Assembly: GCA_951406725.2 (NCBI GenBank)
Contig: OX597836.1
Coordinates: forward strand, 5,952,001 to 6,016,000
Reading direction: 5' to 3'
DNA from: Octopus vulgaris
Lineage: Eukaryota
Length of the DNA: 64,000 nucleotides
Shown one piece after another: positions 25,263 through 38,774 of the stretch (its first letter is position 1; every line of letters starts with the position of its first letter). The translations under genes and the position numbers were made by a program. The notes under the pieces are model-generated. The model had not been told where the DNA came from. It made no database searches and was given only the letters and a program-made list of their open reading frames with translations.

Positions 25263-28200
25263 TTTAATTTATTTTTATTTTTAATGCTTTTGTTTAGATT
25301 TTGAGGGTCGAGAGAGGAGCTTTTATGCACACTCGCGTACATTTGTATACACGCATGTTTATTTAAGCATACAGACGTATATATGTATAAGTATATCTAT
25401 ATCTATACAAATACATATATATATGTATATATTTATATATAAATAGATAGAGAGAGAAAGAGAAAGCGAGATATACTTCTATATAAGCATACATACATAT
25501 ATGTACATATATATATACATATATGTACATATATATATATATATATATATATACATACATACAAATATATAGATATATACATACTTACAAAAAAATATAT
25601 GCATATATTTACAAGTATATGTATTTACATGTATATATATATGTACATATATGAACACATATTTGTATGTACATATATACGTATGTGTGCAAGTGGATGT
25701 ACGTATATATGTAAGTACTTATGTATCAGTTTGTATATGTCTGTATAACCTGAGTGTATATATGTATATATATACTTTTATGTAAATGTTGTATTTATCT
25801 ATATCCTGATCTGACACTCACTTGCTTTCCCTATCAACCTTACACGCTTTCTCTTTATATACACACATATATACATTCAGTCTCTGATACATGCCTATAT
25901 ACCTACATAGTCAAATATAGATATAAGTAGATGCATATACATAGAATTAGTAGTTTTATCGTTTTCATATATTTACTTTCAGATTCCCATAAATATATAT
26001 TAATATCTATTTTTTGCACAATTATTGATTGTGTTTATGTATTTTTTTAAATATATGTACGTGTGTGCGTGTATGTGCCTCTGTGTATACATGTATGCAT
26101 ATATGAATGTATTTACGTATGTATATATGTGCGTATGTATGTATATATGTATGTATGTATGTATAGATAGATAGATGTGTGTAAGCCTTTACAATCTTGC
26201 ATTTGTGCTTTCCGTCTCTTTGTTTGCGTGTGTGTGTGTGTGTGTGTATATGTATGCACACACACACACACTCACAGAAAGACACACACACATGCACAAA
26301 ACATACACTAAAATGTGGGTAGGTATGTATGTATATATATATGTGTACTTATATATGTGCATGTATATATTATGTATTTGATATATATGTGTGTGTGTAT
26401 GTGTATGTATATATATATATATATATGCATCAAGGAAGGCCTATTGTCGATAGGGACCTTCCCAGTCTTGCAGAAGCTAGAGAGTACGTCATCTCACAGA
26501 ACCAGGTACTTTGATTCCGCTACTAAAGATGTAACACCTGTCCTTGCATCAACAACGTTACGACTCTGACCCGGCCTACGTAACTCTACCACATATCACA
26601 AACTTATCCAAAACTTTTGTGGAACATTCCTAGTAATCTTTGAAATAAACAAGGCCATTCCGACCCTCCTCACTTCATCACACTGGTCCAGTCCATTCGC
26701 AGTTTATCTATTTATGTCATCTGTACACCACAGGAGGCTTCTCATTCAAAGAACTGGCGGGGACAACGATCCTATTCTAACTTGGAGTCATTGCACTGAC
26801 ATAATAGTTTCTATTTCTTCACTTTCTCTTAATAAAATAATCCCGACTTTATCATTAGGTCATTTCAGCTTTTCTTCTACCCCTTATCCACGCTGGCCTC
26901 TATCCGTCGTTTTTTTTTTCCTATTTCACTTTCCTACTTCATTCTGTCACGCAGGTTCTGTCTGCTACGCATTCCCGTCTACGAATACATTCTCACGTGG
27001 TTTTGCGTTCCCTATCAGTTGCAGCCAGTCGCTGAGACACAAACGCTATAAAACTGTTTTATCGCTCCCCTCCACATGCGTATGTATGCATGCATGTATG
27101 TTTGTATGCATGTATGTATGTATGTATGCATGTATGTATGTATGTATGTATGTATGTATGTATGTATGTATGTACGTATGTATGTATGTATGTATGTATG
27201 TATGTATGTACGCACGTACGTATGTATGTATGTATGTATGTATGTATGTATGTATGTATGTATGTATACATGTACGTATGTATGTCGTTGTTCAGTTTTA
27301 TTTCATGATTCTTGCCAATTGAGGAAGAGTCGGTTTCTTAACCTAGATCTCAAACTGATTCATTGGGATTTCAACATCAACAACAGGGTATTTTTGTATG
27401 TATGTATGTATGTATGTATGTATGTATGTATGTATGTATGTATTCTCATAATTATTATTACATGGTGCTTCTAAACTAGCAATTGTATGAGATCCATCAT
27501 GAAAATTGCTAAAAACAAAAGAAAACAAACAACCAAATTTAAGACAACTTCCATATCCAATATGGATTTACGCAAATCACTAATAATACCAATTGTTGTG
27601 AAGTAAGGTACTGAATCTTTAATATCCTACAAATTGTATAGATTGCATAATGAGAAATGAAGCTGATATTAAGCATAAATTCAAAATAAAATCACCGCAA
27701 ATTATTTTAGTTAATTCGTTTGTACGTTTGTTCTGTTGTTTTCTGAGAATTAAATTGTTGTATGATGTATTTGATACAATGAAACTCGTCGCTTCAATTG
27801 CATCAGCGGACATTTTGTTTTTGATTATTTTTTCTGCACAGGAAGTTAAATAAGTTCGCTTAGTGTTTCTTCGCTTTGTAATCCATTGAATCGAATGCTT
27901 CTATCGTTTCACGGAGGAAATTTACGTTTTATTGAAGCAGTGTTGTTAAGTGTGGTTAGTATTTCTACATCCAAACCTCACCTGAGTAGAGTTTTCTTTT
28001 CTACCGACATCACGATCATTTCGTGGAATATGGGTGTGCATGTGTGTGTGTGTGCGTGGGAAGGTGCGTTTATGTGTGTGTGTGTGTGAATTAGTGTTTC
28101 CGTTTGTTCCTCTCAACTGTTCAAGAAGCAAACGTTGATTTGTTGACGTCTCCGTTAAGAAATGGTTTTAAGAGGATCATGAAATAAATACGGAGATCAT

Positions 28201-28349
28201 TTTCCCTTTGAGGTGTCTTGTTTTTCATCTCGCAGGGTGTCCAAAATTCCCCCTCCTCACCAAGCAGGCTTGTTGCTGTTGACGGTTTGGCCTCCGACAA
28301 CCCGAGATCACGAGACGCGTTATACTGGGCCACATGCTAACAGTTGCGC

Positions 28350-28399
<50 letters not shown>

Positions 28400-28405
<6 letters not shown>

Positions 28406-28530
28406 AAAAGAAAACAGGACGCAAACGATTCTGCGGTACATATGTTTCGGGCTTTATTGAACAAGCAGAATCCTTTGCGCCCAAAAGATATGTACCGCAG
28501 AACCCTTTGCGTCCTGTTTTTTTTTATACA
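28400..28530. repeat. Imperfect fold-back insert (arms about 52 bp) in TA-rich microsatellite
   Basis: aaaacaggacgcaaacgattctgcggtacatatgtttcgggc versus gcccaaaagatatgtaccgcagaaccctttgcgtcctgtttt. Confidence 0.85.
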
Positions 28531-28609
28531 TATATCCTATCACCGATACCACTAGCTGGCATATACAGGTGCTTACAGTTATCAAGTATTCACCCTGAAA
28601 TTTTTGTAC

Positions 28610-28641
<32 letters not shown>

Positions 28642-28954
28642 GGAGACGCAATGTGTAATGGAGGAATGCTTCTGAAATTAATTTTTTTTTAATTTTCTGC
28701 TTCTGTCACTGTCGCTTGCTTTCTGCATCTCTCCAATACAATATGATAAAGAGAGATATAGTGCGTGCCTGGCTATCTCAGAATAACTGTCATAACAGAG
28801 AATGAACAACAAAGAAAAACAAAAACCGAATTTCCTGTCATTTGTTGTTAAGCGAGCGGATCATGTGGGAAGACTTTACCGTTCTTTGGTGGGTGTTCGG
28901 CAATTCTCACACACCAACCGACAGATTAGCGCTCCCGACAAAAACACACACACA

Positions 28955-28993
<39 letters not shown>

Positions 28994-29002
28994 ACACACA
29001 CG

Positions 29003-29036
<34 letters not shown>

Positions 29037-29566
29037 CATATATATATGAGTGTGGGTGTCTCCGTGCGCCTGCATATTTAATGTTCGCTCGAAGGATCGG
29101 CAAATACAGAAAATAGTTATCCAGAAATGTTAAATCTACAAATAAAGTTTATATATACATACATGCGTATGGATATGTCTGTTCGTGGGAGTGCGTGAGT
29201 GAGTGACTGTGAGATATGTGTCTATGTGCGCATGCGTGTATTGGGGACCACTTAATAAAATAAGATTTGCGTGAGTTGTTCGTCGTGGTAGTCGTGTAAT
29301 ATTATAATACCTTTATCGATTATGTATCATTATCTGATGTGTTATGTTATTGGATTACCAGTTTTTTGGGGTTTTTTTTTCTTATTCATTATGTTTTGTA
29401 TTGGGTTCATTGATGGTAACTATGTTCTATGTAAAGTTTGCAAACGATTTAGGATGGGTTATACGTTAATGCGATACTGAAATGTAAAGAGATCTTCGGA
29501 AAGATACGGGACATCCCTAGCATGATTTTCATTAGAACTGTGCCGGGTGTTTTATATATATATATA

Positions 29567-29737
29567 GGCTGTGTGGTAAGTAGCTTCCTTACCAACCACA
29601 TGGTTCCGGGTTCAGTCCCACTGCGTGACATTTTGGGCAAGTGTCTTCTAGTATAGCCTGGGGTTGACCAAAGCCTTGTGAGTGGATTTGATAGACGGAA
29701 ACTGAAAGAAGTCCATCTCATATAGGTATATATATAT

Positions 29738-29782
<45 letters not shown>

Positions 29783-29975
29783 CGTTTGTGTAGTTGCGTT
29801 TGTCCCCGCAACATCACTTGACAACCGATGCTGGTGTGTTACGTCCCTGTAACTTAGCAGTTCGGCAAAAGAATAAGTACTGGGCTTACGAAGAATAATT
29901 CCTGGGGTCGATTTGCTCGACTAAAGGCGGTGCTCCAGCATGGCCACAGTCAAATGACTGAAACAAGTAATTGAG
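29567..29975 (+). mobile_element. SINE family B, near full length
   Basis: ggctgtgtggtaagtagc...gggttcagtccc...atgactgaaacaagtaa. Confidence 0.9.
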
Positions 29976-30019
<44 letters not shown>

Positions 30020-30022
<3 letters not shown>

Positions 30023-30330
30023 GAAATTTATAGAAAAACAAAAGACGAAGACAAGTGTATGAACAGCAACAGGTGTATTAGTTTGACGCTCGAGAAAACG
30101 AAAAAGTCTTTTACGTTTCGAGCCTACACTCTTCAACAGAAAGGAATAAGAGAAAATAAACAGAGAGAGAATGAAAAACAAAAACTTGTGGATTTAGCGA
30201 TCAAGCATGGCGACTGGTTGGGAAGAAAAAGTTTTGACAGGAGAGGTAGGACGAAGGGGAGGTAAATGTTTTTCCTTATGTGATGGTGAATGTGGAGGAG
30301 GAAGAATTTGTAATCGGGCATGATGGAAAA
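30020..30330 (-). mobile_element. HHR-bearing family D element
   Basis: Homologous to 1921-2107; 3' end abuts (TA)n; 5' limit uncertain. Confidence 0.7.
30108..30143 (-). ncRNA. Minimal type-I hammerhead-like motif (A6U core)
   Basis: cttt-CTGTTGA-A-GAGT-gtag-GCTC-GAAA-C-GTA-aaag. Confidence 0.6.
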
Positions 30331-30532
30331 GGGAGAAAAAAGATAAAAGGAGAAAGAAACGCAGAGGGACATAATATCCAGATATATACCTAATTTCTCT
30401 AAGTAAAATGTCATGGTTGGTTCCTTCTGATTGTGCATATTTTGGTCATCTTTTAGCTTCCATCCGATGTTCCAGTTACACACACACAAACACAAACACA
30501 CACTCTCCATATATATATATATATATATATAT

Positions 30533-30636
<104 letters not shown>

Positions 30637-30804
30637 AGGTACTTGTGAAAGTTACTTAATACAGTTTTTCAGTATGAAAGGTATTTAAAAGAAATTTTTT
30701 TTTTAACGTTATAAAAATCCTTTATTAGGATGTTACTAAGTCTTTTGGAAGAAGTGTTTTTCCTAGTGTGTGTGAGCGCTTCCGATTAACCTTTATATAT
30801 GTAC

Positions 30805-31005
30805 GAAGTTCCTGGGATTTCATGGCATTGCGAAAGGCCCGGTTGGAGGATCAAAGTTCCGTGCTCTATTACATGGCTCAGAAAAACTGAAGAACCACTG
30901 CAATAAGTGTGTGAATCTGAGAGGGGAATATGTTGAATAAAATCATAATTAACTGATTCTCCTGTATTTTATTTTCTCCTACACAAAACCAAGAACTTTT
31001 CAGAA
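30805..31005 (+). mobile_element. Mariner-derived MITE
   Basis: Retains transposase C-terminus LEKLKNHCNKCVNLRGEYVE*-like sequence (KCV...G.YVE) and TIR aaaaccaagaacttttcag. Confidence 0.75.
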
Positions 31006-31636
31006 CATTTGCTTAAAGTCACCTTTCTCACATGCCTTCCATAAACCTCTCTGCGAACCAATATTGTTTCTCTTCATCACTTATCTTTCTCTAGAACAGG
31101 AGCTTCTTTGTGCAAACATATACAAAAACAAAACATAAAAGAGAACTACATTAAGAACAGTAACATATCGAATATCATTTCAATTCAAGAAGCGTTATTA
31201 CAATAATGCTAATGTAAGTAAATCTATATATGTAACCGAAACACGATTAATCGTTACTTTCAAGGACTAGATTACACATACATTGCTCCACCGCTCATTC
31301 TAACCACATCTCTGACAATGAAAGAGAAAGTGTTATAAACGGAGAGAAATGCATCCTACTGTGTGAATAGCTAACAAGATGACGCCAGTGGATATGAAAA
31401 CTGTGCTGAAGCCCTCCCAATAGAATATAACTGTTGTTGAAAAATCTAACCGTGTCACAAATTGGGTTAGGAATTAAATTTAGGTTACACGTGAGTCCGT
31501 TCAGCGAAATTTAATGACTCGGGCTTTCAGTTGGTCGAAATATTGAATATTCATCGTGGAGAAACGACGGAGACTCTGATCAATGCAAATTGGAGCAATA
31601 ATGACAATGATAATGACAATAGTACTAGCAATAATG

Positions 31637-31686
<50 letters not shown>

Positions 31687-32012
31687 GACAACAACAATTA
31701 CAACAGCACTCGGAAAAATATTAATAAATAAACAAGAAATAAAATAAAAATAATTATTTTTTCAAAAACTACGAACGAAAAGAGAAAAAAAAAATCGAAG
31801 CATGTCAGGAAATGCATAAAAGGCACTTTTTTTTTATTTGTTTTCTTCTTTAATTCCTGATTTTGAGTTTTAGTGTTTTTTAGGAGGGATGGCTGGATGG
31901 GTTGGCGTTGGAGGGGGAGGAGGGGGGCCTGATGGTTCTGTTTCTTTTCTTTTTTTTTTTACCTCGTTACGTTTTTAATTGTTGTAATTCCTTCTTCTTC
32001 ATCATCATCCGA

Positions 32013-32040
32013 TTATTATTATCATCATCATTATTATTAC

Positions 32041-32079
<39 letters not shown>

Positions 32080-32192
32080 CATTATGATTATTATTATTAT
32101 TATCATTATTATTATTATTATTATCATTATTATTATTATTATTATCATTATTATTATTATCATTATTATTATTATTATTATTATTATTGTTA

Positions 32193-32227
<35 letters not shown>

Positions 32228-32250
32228 GCTGTTGTTGTTATTATTATTGG
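32013..32250. repeat. (TTA)n/(TCA) microsatellite
   Basis: Direct inspection. Confidence 0.95.
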
Positions 32251-32758
32251 TATTTTCCATATTTTTTTCCTTCCTTCCTTCCTTCCTTCTTTTTCTTCTA
32301 ACCAATTTAGATTAATTGGTTCACAACTCTTGTCAAATTCAGCAGAGGCAGAAAAATAGAATTAAAAAAACTACCAATATAATAAACAACAAATAAAAAT
32401 TAATAACAACAAAATAACACCACCCCCCAACACCCACATACCCCCCCACACACACACACGCATATATATACATATATAAATCTGGTTTTTCTAACTCGCT
32501 TTATGCTCTATAACGCTTATTATGGTCCTTCTGTGTTATTTCATTCACATCATTTCGTATTAATCCAAATCCAAGCTTGTTTTCTTTCCTTAGAATTACA
32601 CGTTTGGTTTTTCTCATACACACACACAAAGACACACACACACACATACATACATACATACTTACATACATATATACATACGTACGTATGAACGTACGTA
32701 AGTACAGAAACGAACGAACACGTATGCTCATACATACGTTCATATAAGCTCGCACACA

Positions 32759-32825
<67 letters not shown>

Positions 32826-32992
32826 CCTCGTCTTTTTCGAATGTGCTGCTGACTTTAATTTCCAATATTTGCTTCCATAGTTATTGTTTTTGTTCCTGTT
32901 GTTGTTGTCTTTCTTACAACTGTTAGTTTTGCTTGTTTTTATTGTGTTTATATTTTTCATTATCCTGTATGCATACCTGTATTCTTATATAC

Positions 32993-33031
<39 letters not shown>

Positions 33032-33363
33032 GAAAGACAGAAGGGGATGGGAGAAAGAGAGAGAGAAAAGAGAGGAAGAGAGATAGATAAATATATAAAT
33101 ATAGATAAATTAATGTAAGCCGAAACTTATAATTTCTCGAATGAGTTTCACGCATCCGATTCTCAAACAAAATCTAACGCATAAATATATGTATATACAT
33201 ACATAGATGCAAAGATACATAAATACACACACACACACACAGACATACACACACACACGCACAGACATACACACACACGCGCACACATATGCTAATGAAG
33301 TTCATAAGATAATTAGTTATTACTTTGTCGTCTCATTCTCATATACGTACATATAGATATATA

Positions 33364-33489
33364 GTTCCGGGTTCAGTCCCACTGGGTGGCACCTTGGGTA
33401 AGTATCTTCTACTATAACCTCAAGCCAACCAAAACCTTGTGAGTGGATTTGGTAGGCGGAAACTGAAAGAAGCCCGTCGTATATATGTG

Positions 33490-33520
<31 letters not shown>

Positions 33521-33970
33521 ATGTGCATGAGTGTGTGTGTGTATGTGTGTCTGTGTTTGTCCACTCAACATCGCTTGACAACCGATGCTGGTGTGTTTAC
33601 ACCCCCCCCCCCGTAAATTCCGCCGAGGTCGACTTTGCCTTTCAACCTTTCGGGGGTCGATAAATTAAGTACCAGTTTCGCACTGGGGTCGATGTAATCG
33701 ACTTAATCCCTTTGTCTGTCCTTGTTTGTCCCGTCTATGTTTAGCTCCTTGAAATAAGAAGTTTGAATCCCAACCAAAGGATTCCCGGTTCGGTCCCATT
33801 GGAAGTGTTTACGTTACCGTAACTTAGCCCTTCAACAATAGAAAGCCGATAAGATGAGAATGAGGCTTAAAAAGCACAGGTATCGATCCACTCGACTAAA
33901 GGTTCTCCAAGGTGGTGCCCCAGCATGGCCGCAGTCAGGTGACTGAAACAAGTGAAAGATAAAAATATAA
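33364..33970 (+). mobile_element. SINE family B interrupted by a 5'-truncated family A SINE (about 33615-33760) and a head fragment
   Basis: B body up to ggtgtgtttac, then aaattccgccgaggtcgac...ctatgtttagc, then B resumes at gtgtttacgttaccgtaacttagc. Confidence 0.85.
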
Positions 33971-34063
33971 AACTACAACAGTTTCTAACAAAACTAATAG
34001 CGACAACAACAACATTAATAACAACAAGAACCATAAAAATAACAACAACAACAAATACCAGAA

Positions 34064-34705
34064 TTTTACTATAGGAGCAAGGCTGAAATTTGGCGGGAAG
34101 GGTGGAATCGATTACATCGGCCCTTATACTTGACTGCTACTTACATTATCGCACCGTGACAGGAAAATAGGCGAGGTCGACCTCGGCGGAATTTGAAATC
34201 AGAGCATAAAGATAGATTTTGTTTGGCGTGCTAACCATTCGGCCATCTCGCTTCCTAAGTAGTTCCAAAAAATGATCCTTTCTACTATTGGCACAAGGGG
34301 TCTGAAACCTTAGGGGAAGGGTCTAGCAGGTTATTTACATGGGTTCCAGAGTGCAGCTGGTATTTGTCTTCATCGTCCCCGAAATGATGAAATGCAGTGT
34401 CGATTTCGGTGGCATTTGAACTACGGAATTTCGTCCTCCTTTACGGACGAAATGATTCTAAGCATTTTGTCCGGCATAATAATGAGTCTGCCAGTGCTTT
34501 AGTAGTTCGAAAAAGATAACCCTTATAGACATAAGAAGCCTGAAACTTTAGCGGAGGGATCTTGTCGATTAAATCGGCCCCAGTGTGCAGTGCAACTCGC
34601 ACTTGTTTCGACCGAGCCCAAAATGATGAAATACAGCATCGACCTCAGCGGAATTTGAACTCCGGTATTTCGTCCGCAAAGCATTTTGTCCGACGTGTTA
34701 ATGTC
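34064..34705 (-). mobile_element. Three old, diverged family A SINEs in tandem
   Basis: Three recurrences of ctgaaa...tcgatt..atcggccc...tcgacctcggcggaatttgaac...catttt at about 230-240 bp spacing. Confidence 0.7.
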
Positions 34706-34769
34706 CTCACTATCCTTGCTACAGCCATCGCTACCTTACATACACGATTGCAAACAAGAATGGCTTGCA

Positions 34770-36090
34770 ACGCCGCCCCAACCACTACCAACAGCTCCAC
34801 CACCACCACTACCTCCACTACCAACACCACCACCTCCAACACCTCCACAACCACCACAACCTCCACCATCACCACAACATCCACCACCACCACCACCACC
34901 ACCACCAACACCACCAACAACAACACCACCATCACCACCACCACCACCACAACTACCACCACCACTAACACCACCACCAACAAGACCACCTCCACCACCA
35001 CCAACACAACCAACGCCAGCAACACCAACACCTCCACCTCCACCACCACCACCACCGCCAAAACCACCACCACCATCGCTACCATTAGCACCAATTCCAC
35101 CATAATCACCATCACCATCACCATCACTACCAACAACGCTATAAGCCTAGAACCAATAGTACCATATCGATTATTACTACTGCCATCAGCATGTCTACCA
35201 TTAACACTACAACCAATACTTCAACACCAACACTACAACCATCACCATTACAACCATCACCACTACAACCACCACCACTACTTCACTACCACTTTTCCAA
35301 CAATTATAACCGCCACCGTGAAAACCCCCACTACTGCCACTAACACCCACAACCACCACCACCGCCGCCGCCACCACCACCACCACAAGTATTACCAGCA
35401 TTAGAACTTCAATCAGTATCACTTCACCACTGCTGGCCCCCCACCCCACCCCAACCACTACAAGTGCCACCAGGGAAATCGCTGCCGACGCTTCCAATAC
35501 CAACACCAGCGTCACGAATACGACTCGAAATAACGCCACCGCCATGATCTTCAGAAACGCTACCACCAACACCGCCGCAAGTACTATCTCCCACAACACC
35601 TCTACCACCACACTACCACCCAAACCACTGCTACTAGCACCAATACCACTATTGCCCCTATGGCCACCAGTCTCATCACCTCAAGCGCTACAGCCGCAAG
35701 CATCACAGCCACAAACATTCTCAACAATGCGCCATCTAGTACAACCACCACCGCGTTTAACGCTGACACCAAGAGCACCAACATCATGAATATGACTTTG
35801 AATATCACCACCACCATCACCAATACCGCACGTTACCAACACCACAATGACAAGCACTAAACACCACCACTATCATAGTGCCTAGCACACCTACTGCAAC
35901 CACAACTGCTACTAACACCAACACCAAAACTGCCATCACCGACATGACTATAAATAACGCCACCGACAACACCATCTCCACCATTAACAAGAACGCAAGC
36001 ACTGCAAACACCTCCGCCATCTCCGCGATCATGGACTCACATAACTCCTGCTATCGCCGTCGCTGTTACCGCCGGCGTCGTCGTCGTCGT
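34770..36090. repeat. Degenerate (ACC/CAC/AAC)n low-complexity region
   Basis: Cryptic trinucleotide repeat giving Thr/His/Pro ORFs. Confidence 0.9.
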
Positions 36091-36476
36091 AATCGTCTGA
36101 GACCCAGCCGGAAAATGTTGTGTTGTAAGTGAAACACCTGCCGCTGCAGTTTTATCCAGTTTTATCCAGTTTTGCTTCATTTTCCCCCAGTCATCCATAC
36201 AACTCGGCTTCAATGAAGCTTGATGATGTTCTTCAGTCATCCTTTTCCTTCATCCTCCTTTCTTCTCGTCTCTTATCGTCTCTTCTCTTTCTCCGTGTAT
36301 TTACAGCATTTCGTTCAATTAATGACGACCGTCATTATAATGCATGCTTACACATTCACACACCATACGGAATCTACACACCGTACAGAGAACCTGCACA
36401 TCATAACACTTAAGCACACACACACAAAAACACACATACACACACACACACACATATGCATCCATCATACATTGCA

Positions 36477-36521
<45 letters not shown>

Positions 36522-36593
36522 TTAGGTATGTATGCTAGATTGTATGTATACATTTACATATATATATATATATATATATAAATACACACACAA

Positions 36594-36657
<64 letters not shown>

Positions 36658-36805
36658 ATACATATATATGTATGCATGTGCATGCATGTATGAATGATGG
36701 TCATATATGAGATATATAGATAGACAGATACAGAGAGAAATAGAGAGCGATATATCTATATATCTATCTCTTTATATATATATGCACGCACACACACACA
36801 CACAT

Positions 36806-36924
<119 letters not shown>

Positions 36925-37468
36925 TATATAAAAATAACTCACTTTTTGAGTATAAATACAAGTTTGAATAAAATATTTTTGCATAACGAACTTAGCAATG
37001 TGCGAAAATAGAGCGCCAACCAGACGTGTAAATATAAGGAAACTGAGATGCAAATAAAAGGACAAAAAAGTGAAGGTATGGGTGCTGAAATGACTGTTGC
37101 ACTACTGCTGCACTGTATGGCACTGATGCATTTCCTTGCACCTATCTAGATACATATTTTTTAGTTCACGCATGCGTGATATCTCTAATAGCAAGCTTGG
37201 TTGAATGAGCACGTGCGTTTGGGCTTATGGAATATCGGAGCTGGTTTTATAGTACGGAATAATCTACTGCTAGACTAACCGCGTAATACGCGAGGAACAG
37301 GTTCATCGATGTGTTAGAAATAGTAGTCAAACTTTCTTGAAACCACATGTTGCCGTTTTTTTTATTTATTTGTTTTCTTTTTAATGTGTTGACATGTATG
37401 CAAACAGGGCTGAGTGATGAGGAGCTTGGCATTTTGTAACAACGCGGTTCCAGGTTCAGTCTCACACC

Positions 37469-37697
37469 TATTTCTTTACTACCCACAAGGGGCTAAACAA
37501 AGAGAGTGCAAACAAGGACGGACAAACGGATTAAGTCGATCATATCGACCCCAGTGCGTAACTCGTACTTATTTAATCGACGAAAGGATGAAAGGCAAAG
37601 CCGACCTCGGCGGAATTTGAACTCAGAACGTAGCGACAGATGAAATACTGATGAGCATTTCGCCCGACGTGCTAACGATTCTGCCAGCTCGCCGCCA
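37469..37697 (-). mobile_element. SINE family A with 9-bp TSD, inserted in the head of an old family B copy
   Basis: TSD tctcacacc at 37460-37468 and 37698-37706; host ggttccaggttcagt...gccttgtaagtgaattcgctagacagaaa. Confidence 0.9.
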
Positions 37698-37982
37698 TCT
37701 CACACCGTTCCACGCCTCACCTTTGGTGTTTTCTTACCAGAGCGCCAAGCTACATAATGCCTTGTAAGTGAATTCGCTAGACAGAAATATATAATGTGTA
37801 TGTTTGTATATGTATTTGTGTGTATGTGAGTGTCAATATGTATGTATGTGTATGTGTGATAACTGTATTTTTTTAAAGTTGTCTGTTATTGTGTCACCTC
37901 ACAGCTGTCCGTCTTTGAACCATTGTGTTGTATTTGCTGGCTTCCCTCAAAACAGACAGTTGTCGATGATTGTTTTCATATT

Positions 37983-38105
37983 TACCGTATTTTAACGTGT
38001 ATAAGGGAACCCCTAATTTGAGGGGCTTAAAATTTGGAAAAAAAGGATTATAATACTATCCATGTATAAGAAACTCCCATATTTTTTTAGCCAAATTTTT
38101 GACAA
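37983..38105 (+). mobile_element. Tigger/pogo-like MITE terminal fragment
   Basis: Starts taccgtattttaacgtgtataag with repeated tgtataag subterminal motif. Confidence 0.4.
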
Positions 38106-38351
38106 GTTAAGATACAGTACTTCTTATTTGTAGTATTCTGTATTTGTGTTCAGTAATTGGTTACCAGACGATGTTGTAGTCATGCAGCGAACGACACCCA
38201 TTAAAAAGTTCCAATCACATTAGTAAGCTACCTCTCTCTCTTTGTGTTTGAGGTAAATATAATTAAGGTGGTGTATTCTGAATTCAGGAATCATTTTTAT
38301 TGCACCTCTTCTTGTTCTGCGAGATTATTTCGCCTAAAATTGAAAATATAC

Positions 38352-38767
38352 TCTTTTACTCTTACTCTTTTACTTGTTTCAGTCATTTGACTGTGGCCAT
38401 GCTGGAGCACCGCCTTTAGTCGAGCAAATCGACCCCCCAGGACTTAGTCTTTGTAAGCCTAGTACTTATTCTATCGGTCTCTTTTGCCGAACTGCTTAGT
38501 TACGGGGACGTAAACACACCAGCATCAGTTGTCAATCGATGTTGGGGGGGACAAACACAGACACACAAACATACGCGCACACACACACACATATATACAG
38601 ACATACGACGGGCTTCTTTGAGTTTCCGTTTACCAAATCCACTCACAAGGCTTTGGTCAGCCCGAGGCTATAGTAGAAGACACATGCCCAAGGTGCCACG
38701 CAGTGGGACTGAACCCAGAACCATGTGGTTGATGAGTAAGCTACGTACCACACAGCCACTCCTAGGC
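38352..38767 (-). mobile_element. SINE family B, full length
   Basis: Reverse complement of the family B consensus. Confidence 0.9.
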
Positions 38768-38774
38768 CTATGTA

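Noticed and set aside
26430-27070. Non-repetitive-looking segment, possible exon or LINE fragment (similarly 2330-2960, 46420-46900, 52830-53620)
   Set aside because: No recognisable protein motif or convincing splice-bounded frame by eye; left unannotated.
34562-35404. 280-aa Thr-rich mucin-like ORF
   Set aside because: It starts inside an antisense SINE and runs through degenerate (ACC)n; several frames are open; no signal peptide or splice support.
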